Assembly: GCA_964519915.1 (NCBI GenBank)
Contig: CAZFMI010000017.1
Span: forward strand, 1,415-65,414
DNA: 64,000 nucleotides
Direction of reading: 5' to 3'
From: an uncultured Geomonas sp.
GTDB taxonomy: Bacteria; Desulfobacterota; Desulfuromonadia; Geobacterales; Geobacteraceae
Numbering within the stretch: the first letter of the stretch is position 1; each line of letters opens with the position of its first letter. The position numbers and the translations under genes were made by a program. Positions 1 through 8,544 of the stretch are shown in pieces. The notes under the pieces were generated by a model. That model did not search any database. It was not told where the DNA came from and saw only the letters and a program-made list of their open reading frames with translations.

Positions 1-480
1 CACGTTCAGATAGGTGTCGCGGGGGAGCCCGTTGTCGAAGACGGTGCGTGCCAGCCTCGCGGCACAGGCGGCAGCGGCGTCGTAGTTCTCCCCTGCCCCG
101 CGGGTCACCAGGGACACCGCGATGGCAGGAATGCCCATCAGGGTGGCCTCCAGCGCCGCCGCGACCGTTCCCGAGTAGGTAACGTCGTCGGCGATGTTGG
201 CGCCGCGGTTCACTCCCGAGATGACCAGGTCGGGCCGGAACGACAGGAGGCTATGGATGCCGAGATTGACGCAGTCGGTAGGCGTCCCCTCAACGGAGAA
301 GACGTTTTCGCTGATGCGGGCTGCCCTCAGTGGGTGGTGCAGTGTAAGCGCGTGGGAGACGGCGCTTTGTTCCCTATCCGGGGCCACCACTACCACCTCG
401 GCAACCTCTGAGACTCTTCCGATAAGGGCGGCTAAGCCAGGAGCATGCACGCCGTCATCGTTGGTAAGCAGGATCTTCAC
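1..480 (-). CDS. surE: 5'/3'-nucleotidase SurE, N-terminal part (gene runs off the left window edge)
   Basis: Not in the ORF track (GTG start, open to the edge). Reverse translation from GTG at 480-478 reads VKILLTNDDGVHAPGLAALIGRVSEVAEVVVVAPDREQSAVSHALTLHHPLRA...GTPTDCVNLG...SGVNRGANIADDVTYSGTVAAALEA, the canonical SurE N-terminus. Confidence 0.85.
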   Translation of the reverse strand, partial: MKILLTNDDGVHAPGLAALIGRVSEVAEVVVVAPDREQSAVSHALTLHHPLRAARISENVFSVEGTPTDCVNLGIHSLLSFRPDLVISGVNRGANIADDVTYSGTVAAALEATLMGIPAIAVSLVTRGAGENYDAAAACAARLARTVFDNGLPRDTYLNV

Positions 481-648
481 TGTCAAACCCCTCGCTGAGA
501 CAATAGCAACAGAACATAACCCAAAGGAGAAGCAGTCACCCCACCACGCTATGTTTCGGCGCAGCGGAAAAATACTTTAACATATTTTCATTCGACGCAA
601 TTAATTTTAATCGGAACAGTGGTGCAGATAAAGCGATGAGTCCGCCGC

Positions 649-936
649 TCATTGCGGCTGGGCGCAGTCCAGCCCGCTCTTGTCGTAGCGCAGCTTCATG
701 CCGATCAGCGCGCCGTAACAGAGTATGGAGAACGTGTTGGCGAGAATCAAGGGGAGGTCGTTCAGGGAGATGCCGTAGACGAGCCAGAGCAGCATGCCCA
801 GGGTCAAAAGCACCAGCTGCCACATGGAGAGATCGCGGGCCTGCTTGGTGCGGTAGGTCCTGAAGACCTGCGGAATCGCCGCGCCGCTGGTGAATAAACC
901 GGCAAAGAAACCGACGTAGTGAATCAGGTTGTTCAT
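649..936 (-). CDS. SemiSWEET / PQ-loop small membrane transporter (95 aa)
   Basis: Internal ATG of ORF 649..1284: MNNLIHYVGFFAGLFTSGAAIPQVFRTYRTKQARDLS... It has three hydrophobic segments and a PQ motif. The ATG overlaps the trmJ stop as ATGA. Confidence 0.7.
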   Translation of the reverse strand: MNNLIHYVGFFAGLFTSGAAIPQVFRTYRTKQARDLSMWQLVLLTLGMLLWLVYGISLNDLPLILANTFSILCYGALIGMKLRYDKSGLDCAQPQ

Positions 937-1670
937 CCCCCTTTTTTCCCCTTGAATTCGGCGCAGGCCCAGTCGATCTGGGAGAGCAGGCCGCGCAGCG
1001 AAGAAACCTCGCGCTCGTCGAGCTCGGCGCGGGAGAAGATGCGCCTCAAGGTGCGCATCATGTGATCGGGGTTTTGCGGGTTGAGGTAGCCGATCTTCAG
1101 AAAACTCTGCTCCATGTGCGAGTAGAAGGGCTCCAGCGAAGCCGAACCGGCCAGTTCCCGCGCAGCCTTGACCGGGGCCGGCGCGGCCCCCTTCAGGAAC
1201 TCGTAGCAGAAGATAAGCACAGCCTGGGAGAGGTTCAGCGACCCGAACTCGTCCGCCGTCTCTATGGTGGATTGCCACCTGCAAAGCGCCACCTCGTCGG
1301 TGGTGAGCCCGCTGTCTTCGCGGCCGAAGACCAGGGCCATGCGGCTTTTTGGGGCGCAGTTGGAGAATCGCTGCACGATTTCGGCGGGGGTGCTGATTTC
1401 GTTACGGTACTTGCCGTGGCGCCTGGTGGTGGCAACGGAGAACTCGGAATCGGCGATGGCCTCCTCCAGGGAGCTGAAAATCGTGGCGCGCTCAAGGAGG
1501 TCGCGAGCGGAGACGGCGAATTTGATCGCGTCCAGGTGATCGACCTGGCAGGGGTTCACCAGCCTCAGGTCGGAGAGCCCCATGTTCTTCATCGCCCTGC
1601 AGACCATGCCTATGTTACCGGGGCTCTGGGTCCCGACCAGTACAACGGAAACTCTCTCTTTCAGATCCAT
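933..1670 (-). CDS. trmJ: SpoU-family tRNA (cytidine/uridine-2'-O)-methyltransferase TrmJ-like
   Basis: VVLVGTQSPGNIGMVCRAMKNMGL..., ALVFGREDSGLT and SLNLSQAVLIFCYE match SPOUT/TrmJ motifs along the whole length. Confidence 0.8.
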   Translation of the reverse strand: MDLKERVSVVLVGTQSPGNIGMVCRAMKNMGLSDLRLVNPCQVDHLDAIKFAVSARDLLERATIFSSLEEAIADSEFSVATTRRHGKYRNEISTPAEIVQRFSNCAPKSRMALVFGREDSGLTTDEVALCRWQSTIETADEFGSLNLSQAVLIFCYEFLKGAAPAPVKAARELAGSASLEPFYSHMEQSFLKIGYLNPQNPDHMMRTLRRIFSRAELDEREVSSLRGLLSQIDWACAEFKGKKGG

Positions 1671-1908
1671 GCGCGGAAAACCTTTGCTTCTGTGGCAGCG
1701 TGTTTATTTGGAATGGCAACCGCGGCATTAGAGCACAAGCGGACGGCCTTTTCAACTGCATAAAACCTCTGGCCGCGAAGACAATCCAAGGGCTTCTGAG
1801 GTGGAAGCTTTCCAGGGGGTGACAGGAGCGGACCTTCCAAGCCGCGGGCCGGCATGCACCCGGGAAACGCTCCGGATTTTCGCGGATCTCCTCAGATCTT
1901 CTCTGTGG

Positions 1909-2616
1909 CTAACGGCTCCGGGTTCTCCCGCTGTCCTCGTTTTTTCTCCACTCAACCATCCGCTTGAGTCTCGCTCTGGCGTGCCTTTTGCGCCACCAGT
2001 GCGCGACGAAGTGGCTCACCCAGACGCAGCAGACTATTGCCGCGAGGCCCAGCAGCAGATACGGCTCGTAGCGGGCGACGTCCTCAAGAAACAGCGCTGC
2101 AGTCTTGCCGAAGAGGTAACCGGCCATGGCGAAGATGACCGACCAGGTGAGTGCCGAGAGCAGGTTCAAATACAGAAAGCGCCGCGAGGGGAAGCGTGTC
2201 ATGCCGAGGATGATGGGGAGCAGGATGCGAAAGCCGTAGGTGTAGCGGGAGATGAAGGCGACGAAAGAACCATAGCGTTCTATGAGGCGCAGCGCCTTTC
2301 GGAACTTTCTGGCGAAGGAGGTGAAAACCCGTAGCAGAAAAGGACCCTTGGCGCGGCCGACATGGAAGTAGAACTGGTCGCCGAGGAAGGAGCCGGCCAG
2401 GGCGGAGAGGATGACGAGATAGATATCGAGGTACCCCTGGAAGGCGAGGAAGCCGGCGAAGATGAGGATCGCCTCCCCTTCCAGGAAGGTGCCGGCGAAG
2501 AGCACCCAGTAGCCGTGCACCTGCAGGTATTCCTTGAAAAATTCCTGCACTGCCACTCCGGTTGAGACGGGTTGAGGTGGTACTGCCGCTTCAGGCTCAG
2601 CTGGAGAGTATAGCAA
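1909..2616 (-). CDS. DedA-family (VTT domain) membrane protein
   Basis: HGYWVLFAGTFLEGEAILIFAGFLAFQGYL...GDQFYFHVGR is typical of DedA. The start is uncertain: there is no ATG, and the track start is TTG. Confidence 0.8.
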   Translation of the reverse strand: MLYSPAEPEAAVPPQPVSTGVAVQEFFKEYLQVHGYWVLFAGTFLEGEAILIFAGFLAFQGYLDIYLVILSALAGSFLGDQFYFHVGRAKGPFLLRVFTSFARKFRKALRLIERYGSFVAFISRYTYGFRILLPIILGMTRFPSRRFLYLNLLSALTWSVIFAMAGYLFGKTAALFLEDVARYEPYLLLGLAAIVCCVWVSHFVAHWWRKRHARARLKRMVEWRKNEDSGRTRSR

Positions 2617-2657
2617 ACCTTTAGCGAGCCTTGACGCGAACCTCCCCTTCTTTTATC

Positions 2658-3494
2658 TCATTTCCGGTAGAGAGGGTTGCCCCCCCTCACCTCGACGACG
2701 GGTCCCCCCTCCAGCAGTTCCAGCGTACCGGAGTCCCCCTCGTACTCGTTCTCGCCCACGGCCCAGGCGTAGAATTTCTGGGAGTCGGTCAGCACAGGCC
2801 TGTCAGGGATACCGTAGACCCTGTTCTGCATCCCCTCGTCGTACAGCCCGACGCAGCCGTGGGAGGCGGGCTTACCCGGGAGGTCCCTGGCGTGGATCCA
2901 GTAGGCGATGTTGTCGGAACCGATGTGGAAGCGCATGGCGTTGTCCATCGGGTACTGCGCCGAGCCGTCCTCGGTCTGGTAGAGCGAGGAGGTGTGGTTG
3001 CGGTCCCTGGCGTCGATGCGGTACACGCCGACCGGGGTCTCGTGCCCCTTGGAGCCCGTTGCGGCAGGAGCGGAAAAACGGAGCTTGCCGAACTCGTAGG
3101 CGCCCATCCACTGCTCCGTCACGTCGATGAGGATGTACTTCTCGTGTCTTTTGGCGGCTTCGTACTCGGCCGGAAGCGGCGTGTACAGCTTGGCGGCCGC
3201 CAAGTCTAGCGGGACCTTGATGGTCATCCCGGGATAGACGTGACGGCGGTCGATCCTGTTGAAGCGGGCGACCACGGGCCACTCCTTGCCGAACAGGGAC
3301 TCGAGGGTCTGCTCCGGCTTTATGAAGTGGGCGCGCCAGGGGACGTTGGCAAGGCTTGGATACTCGACGCGGGAAAGATCTTCCTTGGCCGGGTCGTTGG
3401 GATTCGCGGCGGGTTCCGAGGTAGCGGTCGGGTTATAGACAACGATGGAGAAAAGGACGGCCAGAACCATGAAAAACAACAACTTACGAACCAT
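2658..3494 (-). CDS. L,D-transpeptidase (YkuD domain) with N-terminal signal anchor
   Basis: Catalytic motif HIGSDNIAYWIHARDLPGKPASHGCVGL. Start moved to MVRKLLFFMVLAV (ATG 3494), which has GGGAG upstream. Confidence 0.85.
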   Translation of the reverse strand: MVRKLLFFMVLAVLFSIVVYNPTATSEPAANPNDPAKEDLSRVEYPSLANVPWRAHFIKPEQTLESLFGKEWPVVARFNRIDRRHVYPGMTIKVPLDLAAAKLYTPLPAEYEAAKRHEKYILIDVTEQWMGAYEFGKLRFSAPAATGSKGHETPVGVYRIDARDRNHTSSLYQTEDGSAQYPMDNAMRFHIGSDNIAYWIHARDLPGKPASHGCVGLYDEGMQNRVYGIPDRPVLTDSQKFYAWAVGENEYEGDSGTLELLEGGPVVEVRGGNPLYRK

Positions 3495-3575
3495 TGTACC
3501 AACTCCCAACCAAGAAACGACGAATGGGGCCAATGCCCCATTTCACGCTCTAATTAACATCTTTACGTTCCAGGG

Positions 3576-4520
3576 TCAAGAAAAAGCGCGTGCAGCCATC
3601 ACCTCTTCCACCGCCGAGTAGGGATCGGTGCTCCTGGTGCGCATCCCGTCGAGGATCTGCTGATACTTGCCGTTCTCCTTGATGCTTCCGAAAACGGTCT
3701 CGAACAGCTCCTCGCGCAGGGTGTCGGCGAAGATCTTCGCGTTTCTCTCCTCGATCAGGCGCTGCAGGGCCCCGGACTCCCGGAGGTAGGTGCGGTGCGC
3801 ATCGAACTCCTCCACCACGTCGTCTATCCCGACTCCCCTGCTCCCTTCCGTCTTCAAGACATGCGGCTGCCATCCTCCCGGTTCCGGGTGCTTCATCTCG
3901 AGCATGGCGCCCAGTTCCCGCGCCGTCCGATCCGCCCCTTCCCGGTCAGCCTTGTTCACCACGAACACATCGCCGATCTCCAGGATGCCCGCCTTGATCG
4001 CCTGGATGTCGTCGCCAAGGCCGGGGACCATGACCACCACCGTGGTATGCGCCGTGCTGACGATATCCACCTCGTCCTGGCCGACCCCCACCGTCTCTAT
4101 CACGATCACATCCATCCCCATGGCGTCCATCACGTTCACCACATCCATGGTCGAACGTGACAACCCCCCCAGGCAGCCGCGAGTGGCGAGGCTTCGGATG
4201 AACACGCCTGAGTCGTCCGCATGGCGGTTCATCCGGATGCGGTCCCCGAGGATCGCCCCGCCGGAAAACGGGCTGGTCGGATCGATCGCCACCACCCCCA
4301 CCAGGAGGTCCTTCTTGCGGTAAGCCGCCACGATCTGGTCCACCAGCGTCGACTTGCCCGCGCCGGGAGGGCCGGTGATGCCGATGATGTAAGCGTTACC
4401 CGTGTGCGGGTAGAGCGTCTTGAGTTCCTCGATCGCGCTTTTGAAGCGATCATCGATATCGCGCATCAGTCGCGCAGCGGCGCGCACGTCACCATCAAGC
4501 ACACGTTCGGCAAGGCTCAT
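3576..4520 (-). CDS. meaB: Methylmalonyl-CoA mutase-associated GTPase MeaB/ArgK
   Basis: P-loop ITGPPGAGKSTLVD, VIETVGVGQ and VVNKADREGA give the G3E GTPase pattern of MeaB. Confidence 0.9.
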   Translation of the reverse strand: MSLAERVLDGDVRAAARLMRDIDDRFKSAIEELKTLYPHTGNAYIIGITGPPGAGKSTLVDQIVAAYRKKDLLVGVVAIDPTSPFSGGAILGDRIRMNRHADDSGVFIRSLATRGCLGGLSRSTMDVVNVMDAMGMDVIVIETVGVGQDEVDIVSTAHTTVVVMVPGLGDDIQAIKAGILEIGDVFVVNKADREGADRTARELGAMLEMKHPEPGGWQPHVLKTEGSRGVGIDDVVEEFDAHRTYLRESGALQRLIEERNAKIFADTLREELFETVFGSIKENGKYQQILDGMRTRSTDPYSAVEEVMAARAFS

Positions 4521-4571
4521 CTCTTAACTCCAAAAAGCGAATACTGAAAATCTGTTATGTTCCCTAAAATC

Positions 4572-4641
4572 TGTTCTATGTTCTATGTTCTATGTTCTAT
4601 GTTCTATGTTCTATGTTCTATGTTCTATGTTTTATGTTCTT
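4572..4641. repeat. Heptanucleotide microsatellite (TGTTCTA): 8 perfect copies plus 2 variant copies
   Basis: Direct reading gives tgttcta x8 (4572-4627), then tgtttta and tgttctt. It lies in the 282 bp spacer between the B12-binding-domain gene and meaB. A related inverted dimer cgtagaacgtagaa sits at 4764-4777. Confidence 0.95.
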
Positions 4642-4802
4642 TTGCGCAACGTTCTTTCCAGGACGGTGCTTTTACTTTTCACTTCTGTTTATCAAGCGGC
4701 GCGCCGCGAGCTGCTACTAAGGCAGGACGCGGCGCAAAAAACTTCTTTAGTTGTTGGTGTTAACGTAGAACGTAGAACGGTTCCATCCAGGTTTAAAGGG
4801 TT

Positions 4803-5207
4803 CTAGGCGTGGGGAGTGACGTTGCTGCGTACCCAGCCGACGATGGTTTCAGTCGAGGTTCCGGGGGTGAAGACCTCGGCGATGCCGGCGGCCTTCAGGC
4901 CGGGGATGTCGTCTTCGGGAATCACGCCGCCGGCCATAAGAACGATGTCGCCGGCGCCTTTCTCGTTGAGGATCTCTTTGACAGCGGGGAGCAGGGTGTT
5001 GTGGGCGCCAGAGAGGATGGAGAGAGCAATGCAGTCGACGTCCTCCTGGATGGAAGCAGACACGATCTGCTCCGGGGTCTGGTGCAGTCCGGTGTATATG
5101 ACCTCGAAACCAGCATCGCGGAAGGCACGGGCAATGATCTTGGCCCCCCTGTCATGGCCGTCCAGACCCGGCTTCCCCACCAATACACGAATTCTTCTTT
5201 CAGCCAT
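4803..5207 (-). CDS. Cobalamin-binding domain protein (methylmalonyl/isobutyryl-CoA mutase small subunit-like)
   Basis: [34 protein letters not shown] contains the DxHxxG B12-binding signature. The protein is 134 aa. Confidence 0.9.
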   Translation of the reverse strand: MAERRIRVLVGKPGLDGHDRGAKIIARAFRDAGFEVIYTGLHQTPEQIVSASIQEDVDCIALSILSGAHNTLLPAVKEILNEKGAGDIVLMAGGVIPEDDIPGLKAAGIAEVFTPGTSTETIVGWVRSNVTPHA

Positions 5208-5288
5208 GGCAAAACCTCCAAAGAAAATATATTCAAGCGAATCATAGCCTAGTTGCAGTCACTCAAGCCCGGTCCCAAGCCCGTGGTT

Positions 5289-5819
5289 TTACTTCTCAAT
5301 ACCGACACGTGCCGGGACACCTGCCTTGTAATAGTGCTTGATGTCGCGCATCTCGGTGACGAGGTCAGCGGCCTCCACCACACTCTGGTGGGCGTTTCGC
5401 CCGGTAAGGACGAGCTCGACGTGGTGCGGCTTGTCGCGCATCAGTTCCAGCAGAGGCTCGACAGGGACGAGGCCCATGGACACAGCCCCGTTTATCTCGT
5501 CCAGGATGACCATGTCGTACTCACCGCCGTTAACAGCCTGAGACGCCAGCTCCAGTGCCTCGGCGGCAAGTGACTTGTCGGTCTGGTGGGGGTTTTCCTT
5601 GTTGACCCAGCCGGGGCGTCCGGTCTGGATGATGGTGAGAAAAGGCGCCAGACGCTCGGCAGCCATCTGCTCCCCGTAAGGTCCCCCACCCTTCATGAAC
5701 TGGATCATGCAGACCTTCAGTTCGCGGCCCACGGCGCGCAGGGCAAGACCAAGAGAAGCAGTCGTCTTCCCCTTTCCGTTGCCGGTATACACCTGAATAA
5801 GACCCTGTTCCAGTTTCAC
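5289..5819 (-). CDS. cobO: Cob(I)yrinic acid a,c-diamide / cob(I)alamin adenosyltransferase (CobO/BtuR type)
   Basis: GLIQVYTGNGKGKTTASLGLALRAVG...MIQFMKGG...YGE. Start set to GTG 5819 (VKLEQGLIQVY); the N-terminal extension in the track ORF looks non-coding. Confidence 0.85.
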   Translation of the reverse strand: MKLEQGLIQVYTGNGKGKTTASLGLALRAVGRELKVCMIQFMKGGGPYGEQMAAERLAPFLTIIQTGRPGWVNKENPHQTDKSLAAEALELASQAVNGGEYDMVILDEINGAVSMGLVPVEPLLELMRDKPHHVELVLTGRNAHQSVVEAADLVTEMRDIKHYYKAGVPARVGIEK

Positions 5820-5932
5820 GAATGCACCTATATCAGCGAGATAAACTATTCTATCGACGGAGTTCTGAACCAGTTTACGGGAACGGCACACGTGCCGCGA
5901 ACCTGGACATGCGGCGGAGTCGGAACTGCCGC

Positions 5933-5962
5933 AATATAACAACAGCAAAAGGAGCGTGTCAA
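5933..5962 (-). promoter_or_regulatory. Candidate sigma70 promoter for the cobO operon
   Basis: The minus strand reads TTGACA, a 17-18 nt spacer, then TTATAT/TATATT, about 115 nt upstream of the GTG start. Confidence 0.35.
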
Positions 5963-6210
5963 GGCGAAAGAGTCACATCTAAAACGATGTTTAGAGAAAG
6001 CAACACTGGAGCGCGGGGCTGAGACTGAACATGCGGGTGCAGTGATCAAGCACGCCGCTTACAGGTAAAAGAGGCCCGGAAAAAAACCACCGATCATTCT
6101 AGAAGACGACGTTTCAGAAAGAGGCTGTTAAACAGTGCCTTGCGCATCATAGAGATGTGTTCAAGGTCGAGTCATGCCGTCACAGCGCAAGTCCAGCCTG
6201 CAAAGAGGGC

Positions 6211-6239
6211 TTGACATAGGGAAGTCCATCTGATATTTA
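6211..6239 (+). promoter_or_regulatory. Candidate sigma70 promoter of tRNA-Val
   Basis: TTGACA (6211-6216), a 17 nt spacer, then TATTTA (6234-6239). The tRNA starts 12 nt downstream. Confidence 0.5.
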
Positions 6240-6251
6240 TCCGGGACACAT

Positions 6252-6326
6252 GGGCGATTAGCTCAGCGGGAGAGCACTGCCTTCACACGGCAGGGGTCAC
6301 TGGTTCGAACCCAGTATCGCCCACCA
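6252..6326 (+). tRNA. tRNA-Val (anticodon CAC), copy 1, at the left island junction
   Basis: Cloverleaf read by hand. Acceptor GGGCGAT/ATCGCCC. D arm GCTC-AGCGGGA-GAGC. Anticodon arm CTGCC-TTCACAC-GGCAG. Variable loop GGGTC. T arm ACTGG-TTCGAAC-CCAGT. Discriminator A, and CCA is encoded. Confidence 0.95.
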
Positions 6327-6384
6327 TGCAAATCTTAAGCTGCAATTTCAGATAGTTAGCTAGTCTTAGTGCTTTTGCTCCTTC

Positions 6385-6399
6385 TTTTGCCACACAAAA
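6385..6399. repeat. TTTTGCCACACAAAA motif (left-end copy)
   Basis: This 15 bp imperfect palindrome lies just upstream of the integrase RBS. It recurs at 14587-14599 (partial) and 14600-14614 (exact). Confidence 0.8.
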
Positions 6400-6411
6400 G
6401 GAGGCTACAAG

Positions 6412-7697
6412 ATGGCTAACTTTCTTCGTTTTAGGAGGCGGTATTACCACATCCGCCTAAGAATCCCCACCGATCTCCGCCCCACGTTCCCCGAACCTGA
6501 AATCCTTAAATCTCTTCACACAAAGGACCGAAAGACGGCCTCTATTTCGGCCTCTCGTCTTCATTCCAACATACTCGAAGTCTTCGCCCTGACACGCACA
6601 GGTTTTATTTCACCGGAGCAAGCAAGAAGCAAACTGGACTCTCTTCTCGGCCGAAAGGTGTCCGAGACACCTCCGCAACCAATGACTCTTCCGCCTCCAA
6701 AAGTTGAACCTCTCCCGGCACCGTCCCTAGCCGCGGTCATCACAGAGTACACCAAAGACCGCAAATCGGCGTGGACATCTAAAACCCTCCTTGAATATGG
6801 CAGTTATTTCCGGCTGATTCAGGACGTTGTCGGCAAAAAGACCGCCGCTGACATATCCCGCGATGATGTTAGACAGCTACGGGATACCCTAAGCAAACTT
6901 CCTGCAAACCTTTACAAGAAATACCCTGGCAAGACCATTGCCGACGTTCTCAACGTTGAAAACTTGATCCCCATGAGCACGACCACTGTTAACAAACTCC
7001 TTACCATCTTCGGAAGTCTAATGAGGCACTGCATCAAGGAAGGGTACCGGAAGGATAACCCTACCGAAGGACTAAGGGTCAAGCAACTGAGGAGAGCAGA
7101 GGAAGAAAGGCTTACAGTAGGTCGGACTTGAGCAGGTTGATCGCTGCCCTCCCGTCTCCAGCTACAAAGCCCGAAAGGTACTGGGTGCCGCTAATTGGCC
7201 TATATTCAGGGATGAGATTGGGAGAGATTTGCGGCCTTCATGTAGCGGATATCAAACAGGTCGATGGCATTTGGTGTTTTGATGTCAATGAAGACGGAGA
7301 AAAGCGCCTGAAGACTCTCGCCAGCACTCGGATTGTGCCACTACATCCTGAATTGATTCACAGAGGTTTGATAGAGGTGGTTGAATCAGCAAAATCCCTG
7401 GGAAACGAGAGGCTTTGGCCGAATCTTATCCGAAGAGAAATCGATGGTTATTGTCATGCCTTGGGGAACTGGTACGGACGTTTTAACCGGCTACACATAA
7501 CCCAAGACCCTCTTAAGAGCTTCCACAGCTTAAGGCATACCTTTGCCGATGGCCTAAAACAACTAGGCGAACAAGAGGTGATGATTGCCGAGCTTATGGG
7601 GCACTCAAACGCCTCAATCACAACAGGCCGCTACGGGAAACGTTATAAGCCTGAGGTTCTGTTAGAGGCATTAAGGAAGCTGTCGTTTGATCTGTAG
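6412..7697 (+). pseudogene. int: Tyrosine recombinase / phage-type integrase, split by a frameshift near 7105-7112
   Basis: ORF 6412..7131 is the N-terminal/SAM-like part. ORF 7128..7697 is the catalytic domain (GMRLGEICGL, HSLRHTFA, LMGHS...TTGRYGKRY). The second frame is already open from 7077 and reads ...KAYSRSDLSRLIAALP. A 1 nt indel in gaagaaagg would join the two parts. Confidence 0.85.
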
Positions 7698-7743
7698 GGT
7701 GTAAATCAGGCCTTTAAATCGCCCCTACAGCGGACAAAAAGCA

Positions 7744-7772
7744 AAAGGGGCATACTGAATATGCCCCTTTTC
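7744..7772. terminator. Bidirectional rho-independent terminator between the integrase gene and a convergent small gene
   Basis: Stem GGGGCATA / TATGCCCC with loop ctgaa. It is followed by TTTTCG on the + strand and by TTTTGCTTTTT on the - strand. Confidence 0.6.
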
Positions 7773-7794
7773 GCTACGGCTATGTTTTATGGAT

Positions 7795-7959
7795 TTAAGC
7801 AGCTTGTCTCCATACTTTCCTAGTTATTCCGCGCATCAACTCTAACTTGATTGGATCGCACCTCAGCGGGGTACAATCGATGCATTCAACTTGTTCCTCC
7901 CAAACAGGGGAAAAGATGCCTTTACACACCTTGCAATGCTTAATCTTTGGAAAAATCAT
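7795..7959 (-). CDS. 54 aa zinc-ribbon-like protein (below the ORF-track cutoff)
   Basis: Hand translation gives MIFPKIKHCKVCKGIFSPVWEEQVECIDCTPLRCDPIKLELMRGITRKVWRQAA, with CxxC...CxxC. A GGAGG overlaps the stop of the upstream gene, 8 nt before this ATG, and the terminator follows. Confidence 0.4.
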   Translation of the reverse strand: MIFPKIKHCKVCKGIFSPVWEEQVECIDCTPLRCDPIKLELMRGITRKVWRQAA

Positions 7960-7962
7960 ATC

Positions 7963-8298
7963 TTAGACCTCCAAAGCGACGAGGTCATTAAGATTGCCAT
8001 CTATCCCAAGCAGCTGATATGCCTCACTGAGGCGGATAATTCCCCTCTTTTCAAGCATCTCCTGGTTCTCTGCGAGCGTCATATAGCGAATTATGCTCTT
8101 TTCATCTTTATCTAACGTAGCACGAACCCAACGCTTAAACGACGCCATGCATCCATTAAATCTTTCATTCAATATTTGCAGTAGTTTGTGCCCAATCTCA
8201 CACTTTCGAGCTACATCGTTAAGGTCTTTGTTGATCTCGCGGGCTGCTAAATCCCAAGTACATTTAGTGGAGGTGTAAAACTGCTTCTGTTTTTTCAT
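7963..8298 (-). CDS. Hypothetical island protein (111 aa), DUF3102-like pattern
   Basis: Start at MKKQKQ with AGGAG upstream. IGHKLLQILNERF...FKRWVRATLDKDEKSIIRYMTLAENQEML...SEAYQLLG resembles my recollection of phage/plasmid DUF3102 proteins. This has not been aligned. Confidence 0.6.
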   Translation of the reverse strand: MKKQKQFYTSTKCTWDLAAREINKDLNDVARKCEIGHKLLQILNERFNGCMASFKRWVRATLDKDEKSIIRYMTLAENQEMLEKRGIIRLSEAYQLLGIDGNLNDLVALEV

Positions 8299-8544
8299 AC
8301 TCGAACTCCTATATAATAAGATTGAGAGCAATTTATTTTTGCTTTCACATTATTATATACAGAGGAGCCGAATATTTTATTACTCTATTTCAGAATTTTT
8401 TTCAGAAATATTCACATAATCAATAAAATCCTTAACCATCTTAGTTATGGAAGAACCCGAGGGGTCCCCCCTCGCACTGATTTTTATATTTACTATACCT
8501 ATACCTGATAACGTCAAAAGAAAGATTACAATACCACTAAGTCT

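Noticed and set aside
4572-4641. CRISPR array (also considered for 41891-41998 and 55731-55925)
   Set aside because: The repeat units are 6-9 nt and directly abutting, with no unique spacers, and no cas genes are in the window. These are microsatellites or tandem repeats.
5820-6210. Cobalamin riboswitch upstream of the cobO / B12-domain / meaB operon
   Set aside because: I read the minus-strand leader looking for a B12 box and the conserved GGGAA / GCCACUG core. I found only a promoter-like TTGACA-17-TTATAT and a short hairpin (CGGCACGUGUGCCG). The leader of about 115 nt is too short for the known class. A covariance-model scan (Rfam cobalamin models) would settle it.
7891-8278. + strand ORFs 7891..8115 and 8093..8278
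   Set aside because: They are antisense to the 54 aa and 111 aa minus-strand genes, which have RBSs, coupling and a terminator.
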